Below are positions 43,080-54,046 of a stretch of DNA of 64,000 bases, piece after piece; the stretch's first letter is position 1; each line of letters opens with the position of its first letter. Location: NCBI GenBank assembly GCA_963847185.1, contig CAWJYV010000008.1, forward strand, positions 448,001 to 512,000. Direction: 5' to 3'. The position numbers and the translations under genes were made by a program. This DNA comes from an uncultured Methanosarcinaceae archaeon (GTDB lineage Archaea; Halobacteriota; Methanosarcinia; Methanosarcinales; Methanosarcinaceae). Under the pieces are notes generated by a model, which made no database searches, was not told where the DNA came from, and saw only the letters and a list, made by a program, of their open reading frames with translations.

Positions 43080-43769
43080 TTATTTCTTGCTTTCCTTTTT
43101 CAGGCACATAAACCAATCAAGACAGTAAATACTCTCTTCTGTTTCTTCAAGTCTTTCTTTTACTTCTAGCATTGAACGAGGAGGTGAAATTATTACATCA
43201 TCTCCTGGCTGCCAGTTTGCCGGAGTTGATACTTCTTCAGCGTCACTTTTCTGCATGGCGCTAACAAGTCTTTTGATTTCCTGCGTATTCCTTCCATTTT
43301 TGATAGGATAGTAAATTATTGCCCTGATTTTTGACTCCGGATCTATGATAAATGCTGCCCTTACAGTCTGGATTTTTGATTCTTTTCGCTGAACCATTCC
43401 GTACTTCTTCACTACTTCCATTCTCAGGTCAGCAATCACAGGGAACTTGATTTCTATCTTTTTCATCCCTTTGTACTCTATTTTTTCCTCAATTCTCTTA
43501 AGCCATGCAATGTGGGAAAAAATACTGTCTACGGAAAGCCCCAGCAGTTCGGTATTCATTTCTTTAAATTCTTCCTGCATACTTGCAAAGGTCATGAATT
43601 CGGTAGTACATACTGGTGTGAAATCTGCAGGATGGCTGAAAAGGATCACCCATTTCCCTCTATAGTCTTCAGGAAAATTGATTGATCCCTGAGTTGTCAC
43701 AGCTTTAAAAGATGGTGCATCTTCCCCAATCAAGGGTATATGTATCTGCTCATACTCCGTTTCTACCAT
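43080..43769 (-). CDS. Archaeal Prx6-type peroxiredoxin, paralog A
   Basis: SHPADFTPVCTTE; C-terminal CLDWFMC; start refined to MVETEYEQ after GGTG RBS. Confidence 0.92.
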   Translation of the reverse strand: MVETEYEQIHIPLIGEDAPSFKAVTTQGSINFPEDYRGKWVILFSHPADFTPVCTTEFMTFASMQEEFKEMNTELLGLSVDSIFSHIAWLKRIEEKIEYKGMKKIEIKFPVIADLRMEVVKKYGMVQRKESKIQTVRAAFIIDPESKIRAIIYYPIKNGRNTQEIKRLVSAMQKSDAEEVSTPANWQPGDDVIISPPRSMLEVKERLEETEESIYCLDWFMCLKKESKK

Positions 43770-44655
43770 ATTTTCACCTTGTGTTTTCAATGCCCCAATG
43801 CTTCTTGTGTATGGAAACTGCTCCACAGTTATAGAAGCAAAACGCTAGAAGCGCTGCCAGTCCCCTTACTATCCCCTATGCAAATTTTATATTTTTGTTC
43901 TTATATATCTCTTATGATGCACGGAAGAACAGCTTTTCTTGTAGAAAATTTCATTCTTGAATTCTTTATTAAACTCCCTTTTTGAAAACACTTGTTTTAA
44001 ACCCCACAGTTCAGTAAGAAGATATTATTAAGCTCAATTATGCCAAATTTAAGAAGAAGAAGCGTATTTTTCTTTTCTGTCTGCATACAGAAGTTGAAAT
44101 AGAGTTTTATCTTTTAAGAAAGCACGATCGAAAAAATGAGAGAATTTTTATAAAAGAACATCAACTTTCCCTGCCTGCAAACTGCAAGGTTCTGGTTTAT
44201 CTTGGATACTGCTCTATTCTTTAATGATTATTTATTATAAATGATAAATAGTTTTATATACGAGTGTTTCCTTATTTCATTATACATAAAATTGGCATTT
44301 AAGAATTCAGGGTTGGGTATTGAGGGATCATATTTTATTTTTTATTTTTATACTTCGCTTAAGATGATCTTTGGTGAACGAAGTTTTAGACCTTCTTCGG
44401 CCACCCGAAGGGATCTCACATGGGGCAAGAGATCCCTTCCTTCTTATATGGGTTCTTCTTTTTTACATTTATAATTTACTTCTTTTTTATTGTAAGTTTT
44501 ATTGAAATACCCTGTGTTTGACACTCCCTGATTTCTAATATGTTAAACTGGTTTATTTCTTCAATAAAATAAACTGATGACCTCAAAACTAAACCTTTGA
44601 TTAAGCTTTCACAGAATTCTTATGTCTAAAAAATAAAAAAAGTTGAATTTTCAGA

Positions 44656-45345
44656 TTATTTTTTGCTATCTTTCTTCAGGGCCAAAAACCAGTCAAGACA
44701 ATTGACTCCTTCTCCTGGGTTTTCAAGCCTTTCTTTGACTCCCTCCATTGAGTTCGGCGCTGGAATTATTACGTCTTCACCTGGCTGCCAGTTTGCCGGG
44801 GTTGCAACTTTTTCATTTTCATTTTTCTGCAGGGCAATCAGGAGCCGCTTGATTTCCTGCATATTTCTTCCTGCTGACAGCGGATAATAGAGAACTGCTC
44901 TAACTTTTGCCTCGGGATCTATAATAAATACAGCTCTCACAGCCTGTGTGGTTGATGCATTTGGCTGCACCATACCGTATTTTTTCGCAACATCCATCTT
45001 CAGGTCAGCAATTAGCGGGAACTTGACTTCTACATTTTTCATTCCTTTGTACTCTATTTTCTCCTCAATCCTCTTAAGCCAGGCAATATGTGAGAAAACG
45101 CTGTCTATGGAAAGTCCTATAAGTTCAGTATTCATATTTCTGAACTCTTCCTGCATACTGGCAAAAGTCATGAATTCGGTAGTACATACTGGTGTAAAAT
45201 CTGCAGGATGGCTGAAAAGGATTACCCATTTACCTTTGTAATCTTCCGGAAAGTTGATTTGTCCCTGAGTTGTCACTGCCGTAAAAGAGGGCGCATCGTC
45301 TCCAATAAGAGGCATACGTATCTGTTCATACTCCATTTCTACCAT
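44656..45345 (-). CDS. Archaeal Prx6-type peroxiredoxin, paralog B
   Basis: SHPADFTPVCTTE; C-terminal CLDWFLA; same 690-nt length as paralog A. Confidence 0.93.
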   Translation of the reverse strand: MVEMEYEQIRMPLIGDDAPSFTAVTTQGQINFPEDYKGKWVILFSHPADFTPVCTTEFMTFASMQEEFRNMNTELIGLSIDSVFSHIAWLKRIEEKIEYKGMKNVEVKFPLIADLKMDVAKKYGMVQPNASTTQAVRAVFIIDPEAKVRAVLYYPLSAGRNMQEIKRLLIALQKNENEKVATPANWQPGEDVIIPAPNSMEGVKERLENPGEGVNCLDWFLALKKDSKK

Positions 45346-45777
45346 ATTCTCACCTATATTCATTCCATTGAGTGCGTACTGAAAGAAAACACAGCTTTTT
45401 AGGGTTTGGAGACTGAATTCAGGTTTTTTGGGTAAAGCTTTGAAAGTATTTCCCTTCTTCTTTGTCTCCACAACTATCTATGGTTATTTCCATTCTTATA
45501 TATCTCTTCCGAAAAACGGACAAAAATACTCTCTCGCTGGAAATTCTGTTCCTTAAACGCCATCGTCTGCTTATTTTTTATGTGAATGAGAAAGGTTATG
45601 AATCTATTTTTCAACCCCTATATTTTCTAAGTTAATTATTTTTTAAAATATGTGTTTTAATCGGGGTTTGGACACATTAGAACATTCTAACTTAATATTT
45701 TTAAAAATGGAGTTCTCTTAATACTTCTTTCTCGAAAGTAATTTATGTTAGTAGTTCTTTTCTTATATGGGGTTCAA

Positions 45778-46758
45778 ATGAGAGAGTTTTCCAGGCCAAA
45801 AGTTGTAGTTAGTAAATGCCTTGAGTTTGACCGCTGCCGATATAATGGGGATATGATCAGCAGTCCAATAGTGTCAAAACTTAAGGAATATGTATCTTTC
45901 CTGCCTGTTTGCGCGGAAGTGGAGATAGGGCTAGGTGTCCCAAGAAATCCAGTGAGAATAGTTCTTGATAAGGGAGAATACCGGCTTGTTCAGCCTGCAA
46001 CTGGTAAGGATGTAACCGAAGATATGAAGGCTTTTTGTACTGATTTTCTTGATTCGGTAGGAGAGGTTGACGGCTTTATTCTAAAATTCAGGTCTCCTTC
46101 CTGCGGGCTTAAAGATGTAAAAGTTTACCCCTCCGCAGGTAAGTCAGGGGCAATTGAGAAAAAATCCGGATATTTTGGGGGAGAAGTCCTGAAAAGATAT
46201 CCTTTTTTGCCTATTGAAGATGAAGGAAGGCTCAGAAATGCCCGTATAAAAGAGCATTTCCTGACAAAGCTTTTTTTATTTGCTTCTTTTCAGAAAATAA
46301 AACTCGAGGGTAGTATGAAGGATCTCATAAGGTTTCATACCGAAAACAAGTATCTTCTCATGGCTTACAGCCAGGCAGAACTCCGGAAACTGGGAGTGAT
46401 TGTTGCAAATAAAGAAAACAAACCCTTTAAAGAATTGATTTCCGATTACGAAGCACATCTTTACGTTGCTTTAACAAGACCTCCAAAATACACTTCAAAC
46501 ATTAACGTGCTCATGCATGCTCTCGGGCATTTTTCAGACAAGCTTTCAAGCGGAGAAAAAGCCCTGTTTTTTGACTGGATTCAGAAATACAGGGAAGGAA
46601 AAACATCTCTTTGCCCGGCAATAAATACAATCAGGTCATGGATAGTACGCTTTGAAGACCAATACCTTATGCATCAGACCTTTTTTGAGCCGTACCCGGA
46701 AGGGTTGATGGAAATAGACCCGATAAACTCCCACCTGAGGCAAGATCTCTGGAAATAA
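45778..46758 (+). CDS. DUF523(TudS)-DUF1722 fusion (YbgA/RudS-like)
   Basis: SKCL...CRYNG, VCAEVEIGLGVPR, SPSCG, EDEGRL, NVLMHALG, FEPYP. Confidence 0.88.
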   Translation: MREFSRPKVVVSKCLEFDRCRYNGDMISSPIVSKLKEYVSFLPVCAEVEIGLGVPRNPVRIVLDKGEYRLVQPATGKDVTEDMKAFCTDFLDSVGEVDGFILKFRSPSCGLKDVKVYPSAGKSGAIEKKSGYFGGEVLKRYPFLPIEDEGRLRNARIKEHFLTKLFLFASFQKIKLEGSMKDLIRFHTENKYLLMAYSQAELRKLGVIVANKENKPFKELISDYEAHLYVALTRPPKYTSNINVLMHALGHFSDKLSSGEKALFFDWIQKYREGKTSLCPAINTIRSWIVRFEDQYLMHQTFFEPYPEGLMEIDPINSHLRQDLWK

Positions 46759-46809
46759 GTCCTATTAGACAACCATTAAACCATACGCTTCTGGATGAGG
46801 GGATATTTG

Positions 46810-47898
46810 ATGAAAATCGAAGTAAAATTGTTGTTCTTATTTTTACTCTTCTCTCTGCTCTGGGTTTTTCTATTCTGGCCCAATTCTGAGATTTCAAAGG
46901 AGTTTGATAGAGAGATAGGGGAAAGTTTTCTTGAAACATATACTGTAAAGCTTGAATCCCCCGCTACCCTGATCTCAGAAGATCAGGTAAACTCCGAAAG
47001 ACTGTCCCGAACTTATTCCTGGGATTATGACGAATACCGCTGGCATCTTTCTCTAGCTCTTGACGATAATCTTTATGATCTGTATAGCTCAAGAACAAGA
47101 AACAGAGATTATGATCTGTTTGCTTCGGACCCTTACGATGACTGGTTAATTGAAAATATTGCAGATACTCTTTATTCTCTCTCCAGAGAATACGGGCTTG
47201 AAGAATGCAAAGTTCCGGAACTTTGTGTATCCTTTGTTCAGTCCTTAAACTACACGTCCGATATTACAAGTTCGGGCTTTGACCAGTACCCCCGTTTTCC
47301 CTATGAAACCCTTTATGAGAATGGTGGAGATTGTGAAGATACCTCTATTCTTTCTGCGGCAATTCTTCAGGAGATGGGCTATGATGTTGTTCTTCTGGAA
47401 CTTCCAGAGCATATGGCTATCGGGATAAAGTGCGACAATGAAAATGAAGGGGAGAGTTTCGAATACGAAGGCAAAGATTATTACTATCTGGAAACTACAG
47501 GCAGCAGCTGGAGGATAGGGGAAATTCCTGAGAAATATGCAGACCAGCCTGTAAAAATAATTCCTGTGTACAGAAGACCCCTGATGAATCTTGATTTCCG
47601 AGCTCAATGTGAATACTCAAAAAAAGATGGAGTTGTAGATGTTAACGTCACTCTGAGAAATGTGGGCTCGGAAACAGCGAAAAATACAACTGTTTATGTT
47701 GCTCTTCAGGCTGCAGACGAGGTGAGTGTGTGGGACGATGTTAATAGTTCTTCCATAACTCTCGAGCCTGAAGGAATTTATAATTATACTGCAACCGGAC
47801 TCACTGTTCCTGCAGGAAAAACCTTCAGGGTGTACGTACAGACACAGGGAGAAAACCTGCTTTCTGAGAACATAACCAGCGAGTGGGTTAAAGTTTGA
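46810..47898 (+). CDS. Membrane-anchored transglutaminase-like cysteine protease with C-terminal Ig-like domain
   Basis: N-terminal TM; YPRFPYETL, GGDCEDTSIL, HMAIG, YYYLETT. Confidence 0.75.
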   Translation: MKIEVKLLFLFLLFSLLWVFLFWPNSEISKEFDREIGESFLETYTVKLESPATLISEDQVNSERLSRTYSWDYDEYRWHLSLALDDNLYDLYSSRTRNRDYDLFASDPYDDWLIENIADTLYSLSREYGLEECKVPELCVSFVQSLNYTSDITSSGFDQYPRFPYETLYENGGDCEDTSILSAAILQEMGYDVVLLELPEHMAIGIKCDNENEGESFEYEGKDYYYLETTGSSWRIGEIPEKYADQPVKIIPVYRRPLMNLDFRAQCEYSKKDGVVDVNVTLRNVGSETAKNTTVYVALQAADEVSVWDDVNSSSITLEPEGIYNYTATGLTVPAGKTFRVYVQTQGENLLSENITSEWVKV

Positions 47899-48010
47899 AA
47901 AATCCCTTTTTGCCAAATCCTGTGAGTTACTTATAAATCATATATCCACGAATTATAATGGTAAGGTAAATCGATTATTCAATAACTCTACAATATTTTG
48001 GGGTGGTTAA

Positions 48011-48199
48011 ATGGATAGACTATACAGATCTAAAACTAACAGGATTATTGCAGGGATATGTGGTGGTTTAGGAGACTATTTTAAAGTTGACCCAACACTT
48101 ATAAGGCTGCTATGGGTCCTTCTCACTCTATCCGGTGGGGCAGGATTGGTTGCTTATATTATTGCCTGGGCTATAATCCCTGAAGAACCTTCAGTATAA
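48011..48199 (+). CDS. pspC: PspC domain protein
   Basis: LYRS..NRIIAGICGGLGDYF.VDPT.IR...YIIAWAIIPEE. Confidence 0.9.
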   Translation: MDRLYRSKTNRIIAGICGGLGDYFKVDPTLIRLLWVLLTLSGGAGLVAYIIAWAIIPEEPSV

Positions 48200-48328
48200 A
48201 AAAGCAATGCTTTTTGTTTCCTATGTTGCATCTTTGCAATTAATGTTTAGATGAGTTTTAAAAAATAGTCTTCCAGAAAAGTTTCTGGAAGTTTACTGTT
48301 TGTTGATCATTTAAAGCCTGGATTCCTT

Positions 48329-49618
48329 TTACTGATTAAAAAGTTGATCCACAAACCACTCAGGATCAAACTTTTTCAAATCCTCATAACCCTGTCCTAC
48401 TCCAAAAAAGAGAATAGGCTTACCTGTGATGTAAGCAATGGATATAGCTGCTCCACCTTTGGCATCAGCATCGATTTTTGTCAGAATGGACCCATCGATT
48501 GGCACGGCTTCGTTGAACTGAGCAGCCCTTTCGACTGCATCATTTCCTGCAACTGCTTCATCTACGAATAGTATAAGGTCTGGAGTGCTTACTCTGCAAA
48601 TCTTCTCCATCTGTGCCATAAGATTAAGGTTTGTATGCATGCGGCCGGCTGTGTCTGAGAGCACGAAATCGATTTTATGGGCTTTTGCATACTGTATTGC
48701 ATCGTAAATTACTGCTGCAGGGTCAGCCCCAGATTGATGTTTGATCATTTTCACTCCCAACCTGTCTGCATGAATCCCCAGCTGGTCAATTGCACCTGCT
48801 CTGAAAGTATCTCCTGCCGCCAGAACTACGGAATACCCTGACTTGAGCAGCCTGTGAGTCATTTTTGAGATTGATGTTGTTTTTCCTGTCCCGTTAATTC
48901 CAACAAAAACAATATGGACAGGTTTTTCTTTGCTTTTTATGCATTCATCAAAATCATAGAAATTGGCAGATACTACGTCCATAATAGCTTTTTTCAGGGC
49001 TTCTTCTACAATTTCTCCGGTATTGCTTCCAAGATGTTTTGTGGTGCCTGTAAGCTGATCTTTTACGGATTTTGTAATGGCTTCGGAGACTGAGAGGGCA
49101 AGGTCGCTTTCCAGAAGTCCCATTTCAAGTTCCCAGAGGGGTTCTTCAAGGTCTTTCTCATCCAGATAAACCTCTCTGCTAAAGACAAGAGCTTTTGCCT
49201 TCTGTGCAAACCCAACTTTTGAGACTTTTTTGAAAAAAGATTTTTTCTCTTCAGGTACTTTTTCTTCTTCCTGTTTCTCTTCTCGCTTATTCTGTATATC
49301 CTTCTTTCTTTCTTCAAGTTTTTTCCTGTACTCTGCTTTTTTTCTGTCTTCTTCTTTCTCTACAGGTACAGGTGTAGCCATTACAGGTTCTGCATGTTTG
49401 ACTTCGGGACGTTCCTCTTCCAGAGGCGTTTCAATAGCTTCCTCTTCTAAAATGGGCTCAGCATCTTCTTCAAAGACCTCATCTCCAAGGCTTTCTTCTG
49501 TCTGAGGTTCGGGTTCTTCTACAGGCTCGACAGCTACGGCTTTGTCATCAATGGTTTTGCTGAGCGTCTTTTTAAAAATCCCAAGTTTCTCTTTAATTTT
49601 GTTGAACACAGGATCCAT
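48329..49618 (-). CDS. ftsY: SRP receptor FtsY
   Basis: Acidic N-domain, GINGTGKTT, DTFRAGA, DTAGR, TKIDADAKGG. Confidence 0.96.
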   Translation of the reverse strand: MDPVFNKIKEKLGIFKKTLSKTIDDKAVAVEPVEEPEPQTEESLGDEVFEEDAEPILEEEAIETPLEEERPEVKHAEPVMATPVPVEKEEDRKKAEYRKKLEERKKDIQNKREEKQEEEKVPEEKKSFFKKVSKVGFAQKAKALVFSREVYLDEKDLEEPLWELEMGLLESDLALSVSEAITKSVKDQLTGTTKHLGSNTGEIVEEALKKAIMDVVSANFYDFDECIKSKEKPVHIVFVGINGTGKTTSISKMTHRLLKSGYSVVLAAGDTFRAGAIDQLGIHADRLGVKMIKHQSGADPAAVIYDAIQYAKAHKIDFVLSDTAGRMHTNLNLMAQMEKICRVSTPDLILFVDEAVAGNDAVERAAQFNEAVPIDGSILTKIDADAKGGAAISIAYITGKPILFFGVGQGYEDLKKFDPEWFVDQLFNQ

Positions 49619-49759
49619 CCCAAAAAAGTTCAGTAAAAAATAAGTAATTGATAATTAGACTTATATAATTAATTATTCTAAGTGAAAGAGTTTTGCTCTC
49701 AAAAAGATTTTGAGCTATTGAGCTCTTTAACAGGTTTTTTACCTGAGCCGGATCTCTTC

Positions 49760-50191
49760 TCAGGCCTGGCCAGGTTGCTGAAGTTTTTCAGCTTCAGCTT
49801 CCAGGACCTGCATACCCTGTACGTATTTAGTCAGTGAAGCGTTCATCTGTTCAAAAATTTTCGTAAGCTGTTCTTTGCGGCGGTTCAGGGTTTCAATGGC
49901 TTCATCTGCTGTTCTCTCTGCGCTGAAGCCTGCTCCGAGATTTACAAGGACCCTGTCTGCATTTTTTATTTCGGCATGAACATATGAGCCAAAACCTACC
50001 GGAACCATCGTTTCGGCGATCTTGCCTTCCGCTGAGGCTGCTTTAAGTTCATTGATGGTTACGATTGCCTGGTCACAGCTTGAAACGGAAGCCTGGACCA
50101 TATTCATTTCCTGCTTCAGACCTTCGGCCTGTCTCTGGAATTCCTGATACCTTGCTGCCAGATTCCTGACATCTTCACTGACTTCTGCCAT
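49760..50191 (-). CDS. pfdA: Prefoldin alpha subunit
   Basis: MVPVGFGSYV, VNLGAGFSAE hairpins between coiled coils; conserved position. Confidence 0.93.
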   Translation of the reverse strand: MAEVSEDVRNLAARYQEFQRQAEGLKQEMNMVQASVSSCDQAIVTINELKAASAEGKIAETMVPVGFGSYVHAEIKNADRVLVNLGAGFSAERTADEAIETLNRRKEQLTKIFEQMNASLTKYVQGMQVLEAEAEKLQQPGQA

Positions 50192-50196
50192 ATCCT

Positions 50197-50373
50197 TCAC
50201 TCCTCAACGATACTTTCGATCTGGATCTGGCTTCTTTTAATACTGTGCCTGCTTCCAAAGACAGAATAAACTTTATCTTTTGCGTTCTTTTCATTCTGAC
50301 TTTCGACATTCTTTGTGAATTTTTCCCAGTTACTTCCTGCTTTAAACTTACCTTTGACAACGAAATTCTTCAT
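50197..50373 (-). CDS. rpl18a: 50S ribosomal protein L18Ae/LX
   Basis: FTKNVES.NEKNA.DKVYS.FGSRH.IKR; conserved synteny. Confidence 0.92.
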   Translation of the reverse strand: MKNFVVKGKFKAGSNWEKFTKNVESQNEKNAKDKVYSVFGSRHSIKRSQIQIESIVEE

Positions 50374-50427
50374 CTTGGTCACCACTCTTGCTGTAGCTTT
50401 ATTCCGGAACAGATGGATAATTGATGT

Positions 50428-51087
50428 TCACTCTATGAATCCGAGTGCTTCTTCGATTCTCCCTAGTTCGGGTCCTGTAGTGTCTGAACCTGCTAAATAG
50501 TTCTTTGAATTTGCGAGCAGGCCTGAACCGAGCATCTGTGTCCCGAAATTAGTAGTCCCTATATTTACCGGAAGCCCAAAGATATTTTCCAGCATTTCCC
50601 TTTCTGAAGATGTCACTTTAGGATGCACCAGAAGCCCTTTGTTGGTGACAACTCCTGCCATCCCAACATTCTTTATTCCGGCAATTGTACCTCTATATAC
50701 TTCGACCTTAAGGGTTCTGGCAATATTCTCAATGGCCCTGTCTGAAAGTTCGGGATGCACGATAGCTGCAGAATCGTTTGCAAGAACGATATTTCCTACT
50801 GCATTAATCTTATCGGGAAAAATCTCAACATGAACTCCAGTTAGTTCTTGCATTTCCCTGGCATCGGTTCCGTGTGAAAAAAGGAAGCCGTTTGAGTTTC
50901 CTCTGGAAAGAGCTCCCACAACTACGCTCCCGTTCACAAGAGTCTCAATGACTCTTACATCAAGCGAATCCCCAATTATGGCACAGACCTCGGGGTTTGT
51001 CCGGGTAGGGACGAGAGCAACGTCTTCTGTGCAGGTTGCAAAAACCCCAATCATTGGGGTATCGTAGATATCCACTGTTCGAATCAT
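50428..51087 (-). CDS. eif6: Translation initiation factor 6
   Basis: [33 protein letters not shown]. Confidence 0.95.
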   Translation of the reverse strand: MIRTVDIYDTPMIGVFATCTEDVALVPTRTNPEVCAIIGDSLDVRVIETLVNGSVVVGALSRGNSNGFLFSHGTDAREMQELTGVHVEIFPDKINAVGNIVLANDSAAIVHPELSDRAIENIARTLKVEVYRGTIAGIKNVGMAGVVTNKGLLVHPKVTSSEREMLENIFGLPVNIGTTNFGTQMLGSGLLANSKNYLAGSDTTGPELGRIEEALGFIE

Positions 51088-51119
51088 ATTCTTGAAGCTT
51101 CGCATTTTTCTTTTATTTT

Positions 51120-51389
51120 TTATTTAGCGAGTTCTGCCTGTAACTCGCCATCTGCGAATTTTACAGCTCTGACCCGGATGGAGAGAGGGGGCTTTTCACA
51201 GCCTTTTTCCCATAGGCATTCATTAATGGATTTGTCTAACTTTATCTTTATAGCCTCAACCTTCATATGCCTGACGAGAAAATTCCGTACCTCAATAACT
51301 GCCCTGTTGGCCCTTTTCCATGAAGGTACTTTCCTTGCTTCCCTTAGAGGGATAGTATATATCTGTTCTTTTACCATGTCGTCTGCCAT
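51120..51389 (-). CDS. rpl31e: 50S ribosomal protein L31e
   Basis: [28 protein letters not shown]. Confidence 0.95.
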   Translation of the reverse strand: MADDMVKEQIYTIPLREARKVPSWKRANRAVIEVRNFLVRHMKVEAIKIKLDKSINECLWEKGCEKPPLSIRVRAVKFADGELQAELAK

Positions 51390-51408
51390 TTTTTCCCACC
51401 TACCTCGC

Positions 51409-51612
<204 letters not shown>

Positions 51613-51834
51613 TTATATCTGATAATTAGCTGATTGTGATCTCAACCCTTCTATAATTGCAGTTTTACCCCGCCGAATTAAACGGTAATTTTTGAATCCA
51701 TATCCGGCAAATCTGATAAGGGTTTTAGTTAATCTGCAGCAGTATAAGGGTTGAATATAACTCGATTATCGTATAAATCTTTATTCCAGAATTTCCCTTT
51801 CGGGCAGACTTCCTTATTTTCAAATATTTCCTTT

Positions 51835-52437
51835 TCAGGATAGTTTTTTCCTCGAAAGCACATGAGACTGGATGTGGGCAGGAAATAATTTTTTAATTTC
51901 CTCTATCCCGTGTCTCTGTCTTATTAATTCCCTTAGTTCGGCTTCGTAGTCTGCCTTTTGAGTACTCTCACTTGGCCCTTCTTCAATTTTCAGATAGCGT
52001 TCGACAAGAATACCGATGGTTTTTTTATTATATCCTTTCAGAGGACAGGTGTATTGAATTCCTAATCGGTCCTCAATACTCCGTATCTGTGAAATTGAAA
52101 GCACAGGAACTCTGTCATCCCTTCTTGTCCCGTCAGCAATTATTTTTACTTCCGGATCCGAAGCAAGGGTTTCTACAGCTTTTTCGTGGATATAATTGAT
52201 AGCACTTTTTGGGAAACCCTCTTTTATTATTTTCCCATAAGCCGTTTCAAGGATTTCTTTTTCCAGAGAGAGAATCCTGTGTGGAAAACCCAGTTCTTTT
52301 GCAGTTTTTGCCGCTAACTCCCAGTTGGGAAGCAAACCGAAACTGCAGGTTACAAGTTCTATCTCAAAAAACGGCTCCATCAAGAGGGCAGAAAGCGAGC
52401 TGTCCTTGCCTCCACTAAAGAGGACAGAGATTCTCAT
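51835..52437 (-). CDS. Conserved archaeal PP-loop ATPase (alpha hydrolase-like)
   Basis: LFSGGKDSSL, IHEKA, DGTRRDD, DYEAELR. Confidence 0.88.
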   Translation of the reverse strand: MRISVLFSGGKDSSLSALLMEPFFEIELVTCSFGLLPNWELAAKTAKELGFPHRILSLEKEILETAYGKIIKEGFPKSAINYIHEKAVETLASDPEVKIIADGTRRDDRVPVLSISQIRSIEDRLGIQYTCPLKGYNKKTIGILVERYLKIEEGPSESTQKADYEAELRELIRQRHGIEEIKKLFPAHIQSHVLSRKKLS

Positions 52438-52442
52438 TGTAC

Positions 52443-52802
52443 TTAAACCCTGGTTATGGATGTCTTACGTTTTTTTGGCTGCATCTTCGCAAGAAGCGTT
52501 TTAAGCTGTTCGTCGGTGATTTGAGACTGAAGCCTTCCACTCTGAGCAAGCGAAATTAGCTGCATTTCGAGCTGTTCTCCAAGAGAAGGTCTTGACATCT
52601 TCAGGGTTGTCATGCGTTCTCTGGCCTCAGGAGTCAGGATTTGCCTCAGGATAGCCTGCTTCTGAGCATCCATCTCGGCTCTGGCCTGTTCCTGCTGGTA
52701 AGCTGCCTGTATGTCAGACGGCTGGTTCTGCGCTTGCTGTTTCTGGATGTCGGCAAGCCGTCTCTTTCGGATTTCTTCGAGTTCATCATCCATCGTAGGC
52801 AT
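52443..52802 (-). CDS. PDCD5-like DNA-binding protein
   Basis: ELEEIRKRRL, ILTPEARER, EMQLISLAQSGR, ITDEQLK. Confidence 0.92.
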   Translation of the reverse strand: MPTMDDELEEIRKRRLADIQKQQAQNQPSDIQAAYQQEQARAEMDAQKQAILRQILTPEARERMTTLKMSRPSLGEQLEMQLISLAQSGRLQSQITDEQLKTLLAKMQPKKRKTSITRV

Positions 52803-52917
52803 GGAAATCACCAAAAGACCGGTTTTTCGGAGTATTCTGGATAAGATTTGATATTCGATTTAATCTGTTTGAAAGGGAGCCCTGAACATTTCATGCCCCT
52901 CTCCAAAGGATTTTTCT

Positions 52918-53367
52918 TCAGTATTTTGCAAGCTCAGGCATCTTCTCAAGAAGTTCATGCTTCAGTTCATTGGCTGCGTTGTCAAGCATGGAACGCCCTT
53001 TTGGAGAAACAGTCCTTCCGTTCTTTATCTTCTGCAGAAAACCTGCTGCTTCAAGCTGCTGTACTGCCTTTCTGGCAATCGAACCACTGCCTTTTGCTTT
53101 GTGGCTTGGCTGTGATCCTTTGTCCTTCTTTCCGCCGTATACGGATCGAAGCCTTTCAATTCCTACAGGTCCATCGGTGTAGATCTTCCTGAGAATTGCA
53201 GCACATCTTATGTACCACCAGTTGTCTGCGGTTGGTGGAAGTTCTTTGTGAACTCCGGTCTTTACGTTCTCTGCCCATTCAGGGGGAACAACATTTTCAT
53301 TTTCCTTTAGAATGTCTGCAACCTTTCCGATAAATTCTGTTGCAGGGACATCGAATACTGTAGTCAT
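52918..53367 (-). CDS. rps19e: 30S ribosomal protein S19e
   Basis: [37 protein letters not shown]. Confidence 0.97.
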   Translation of the reverse strand: MTTVFDVPATEFIGKVADILKENENVVPPEWAENVKTGVHKELPPTADNWWYIRCAAILRKIYTDGPVGIERLRSVYGGKKDKGSQPSHKAKGSGSIARKAVQQLEAAGFLQKIKNGRTVSPKGRSMLDNAANELKHELLEKMPELAKY

Positions 53368-53669
53368 GTAGATTAGCTCCTGTCAAGTTTTTACTTTTGC
53401 AGGCCGCAGGCGATAGAGCCGATTCTCTCCCCTGACCTGTCAGAAGTATGGTTTTCTCCCGAAACGAGGTAACTCTTTCTCTTTTCGAGAAGTCCTTTGC
53501 TGATCTTCGTAGCTGGACTGGACTCTGAGGATTTGGACCATATGGCCCGATAATGCCGGTAAATGTGATTTAGTTTGAATTGGAAAGACGTTGATACATT
53601 TTATTAGATACTGTGTCTAGGTAATCATATATATATTACACAGCTATATCCCACAGGCGATTTTGCAGT

Positions 53670-53940
53670 ATGAAAAGTTCAGAACCGAAAAACAACCCAT
53701 AATGTATCAAACTGGCTTTTGTCGATTAATACGACTGCCAACACTGAGCGTAATTACCCTCAAGCTATAAAAGCATTTTGTGAATTTACATAAAAAATGC
53801 CAGGTGAGCACATTCTGGAAGCCGAGGAGGAAATTGAATCCGGTGTCTTGCCGAGACAACGAAAAACTAAAAGGTATCTACTCAATTTCAAGAAGCATCT
53901 TGAAGAACAAGGTTTAGCTCCCTGTGACCGTTAAGAGCGT
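53670..53940 (+). pseudogene. Tyrosine integrase N-terminal relic
   Basis: Broken frame NWLLSINTTANTERNYPQAIKAFCEFT*KMPGEHILEAEEEIESGVLPRQRKTKRYLLNFKKHLEEQGLAP/TVKS resembles the N-terminus of Methanosarcina site-specific integrases; contains stops and frameshifts. Confidence 0.65.
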
Positions 53941-54046
53941 GTCTTAAAATTATATAATTCGAGATACATTATAAAATCCTTAGATACAAATGAAGAACAG
54001 CCACTATACCTTCAAGAGAAACGAGAATCACTTTTTACAGTTAAAA

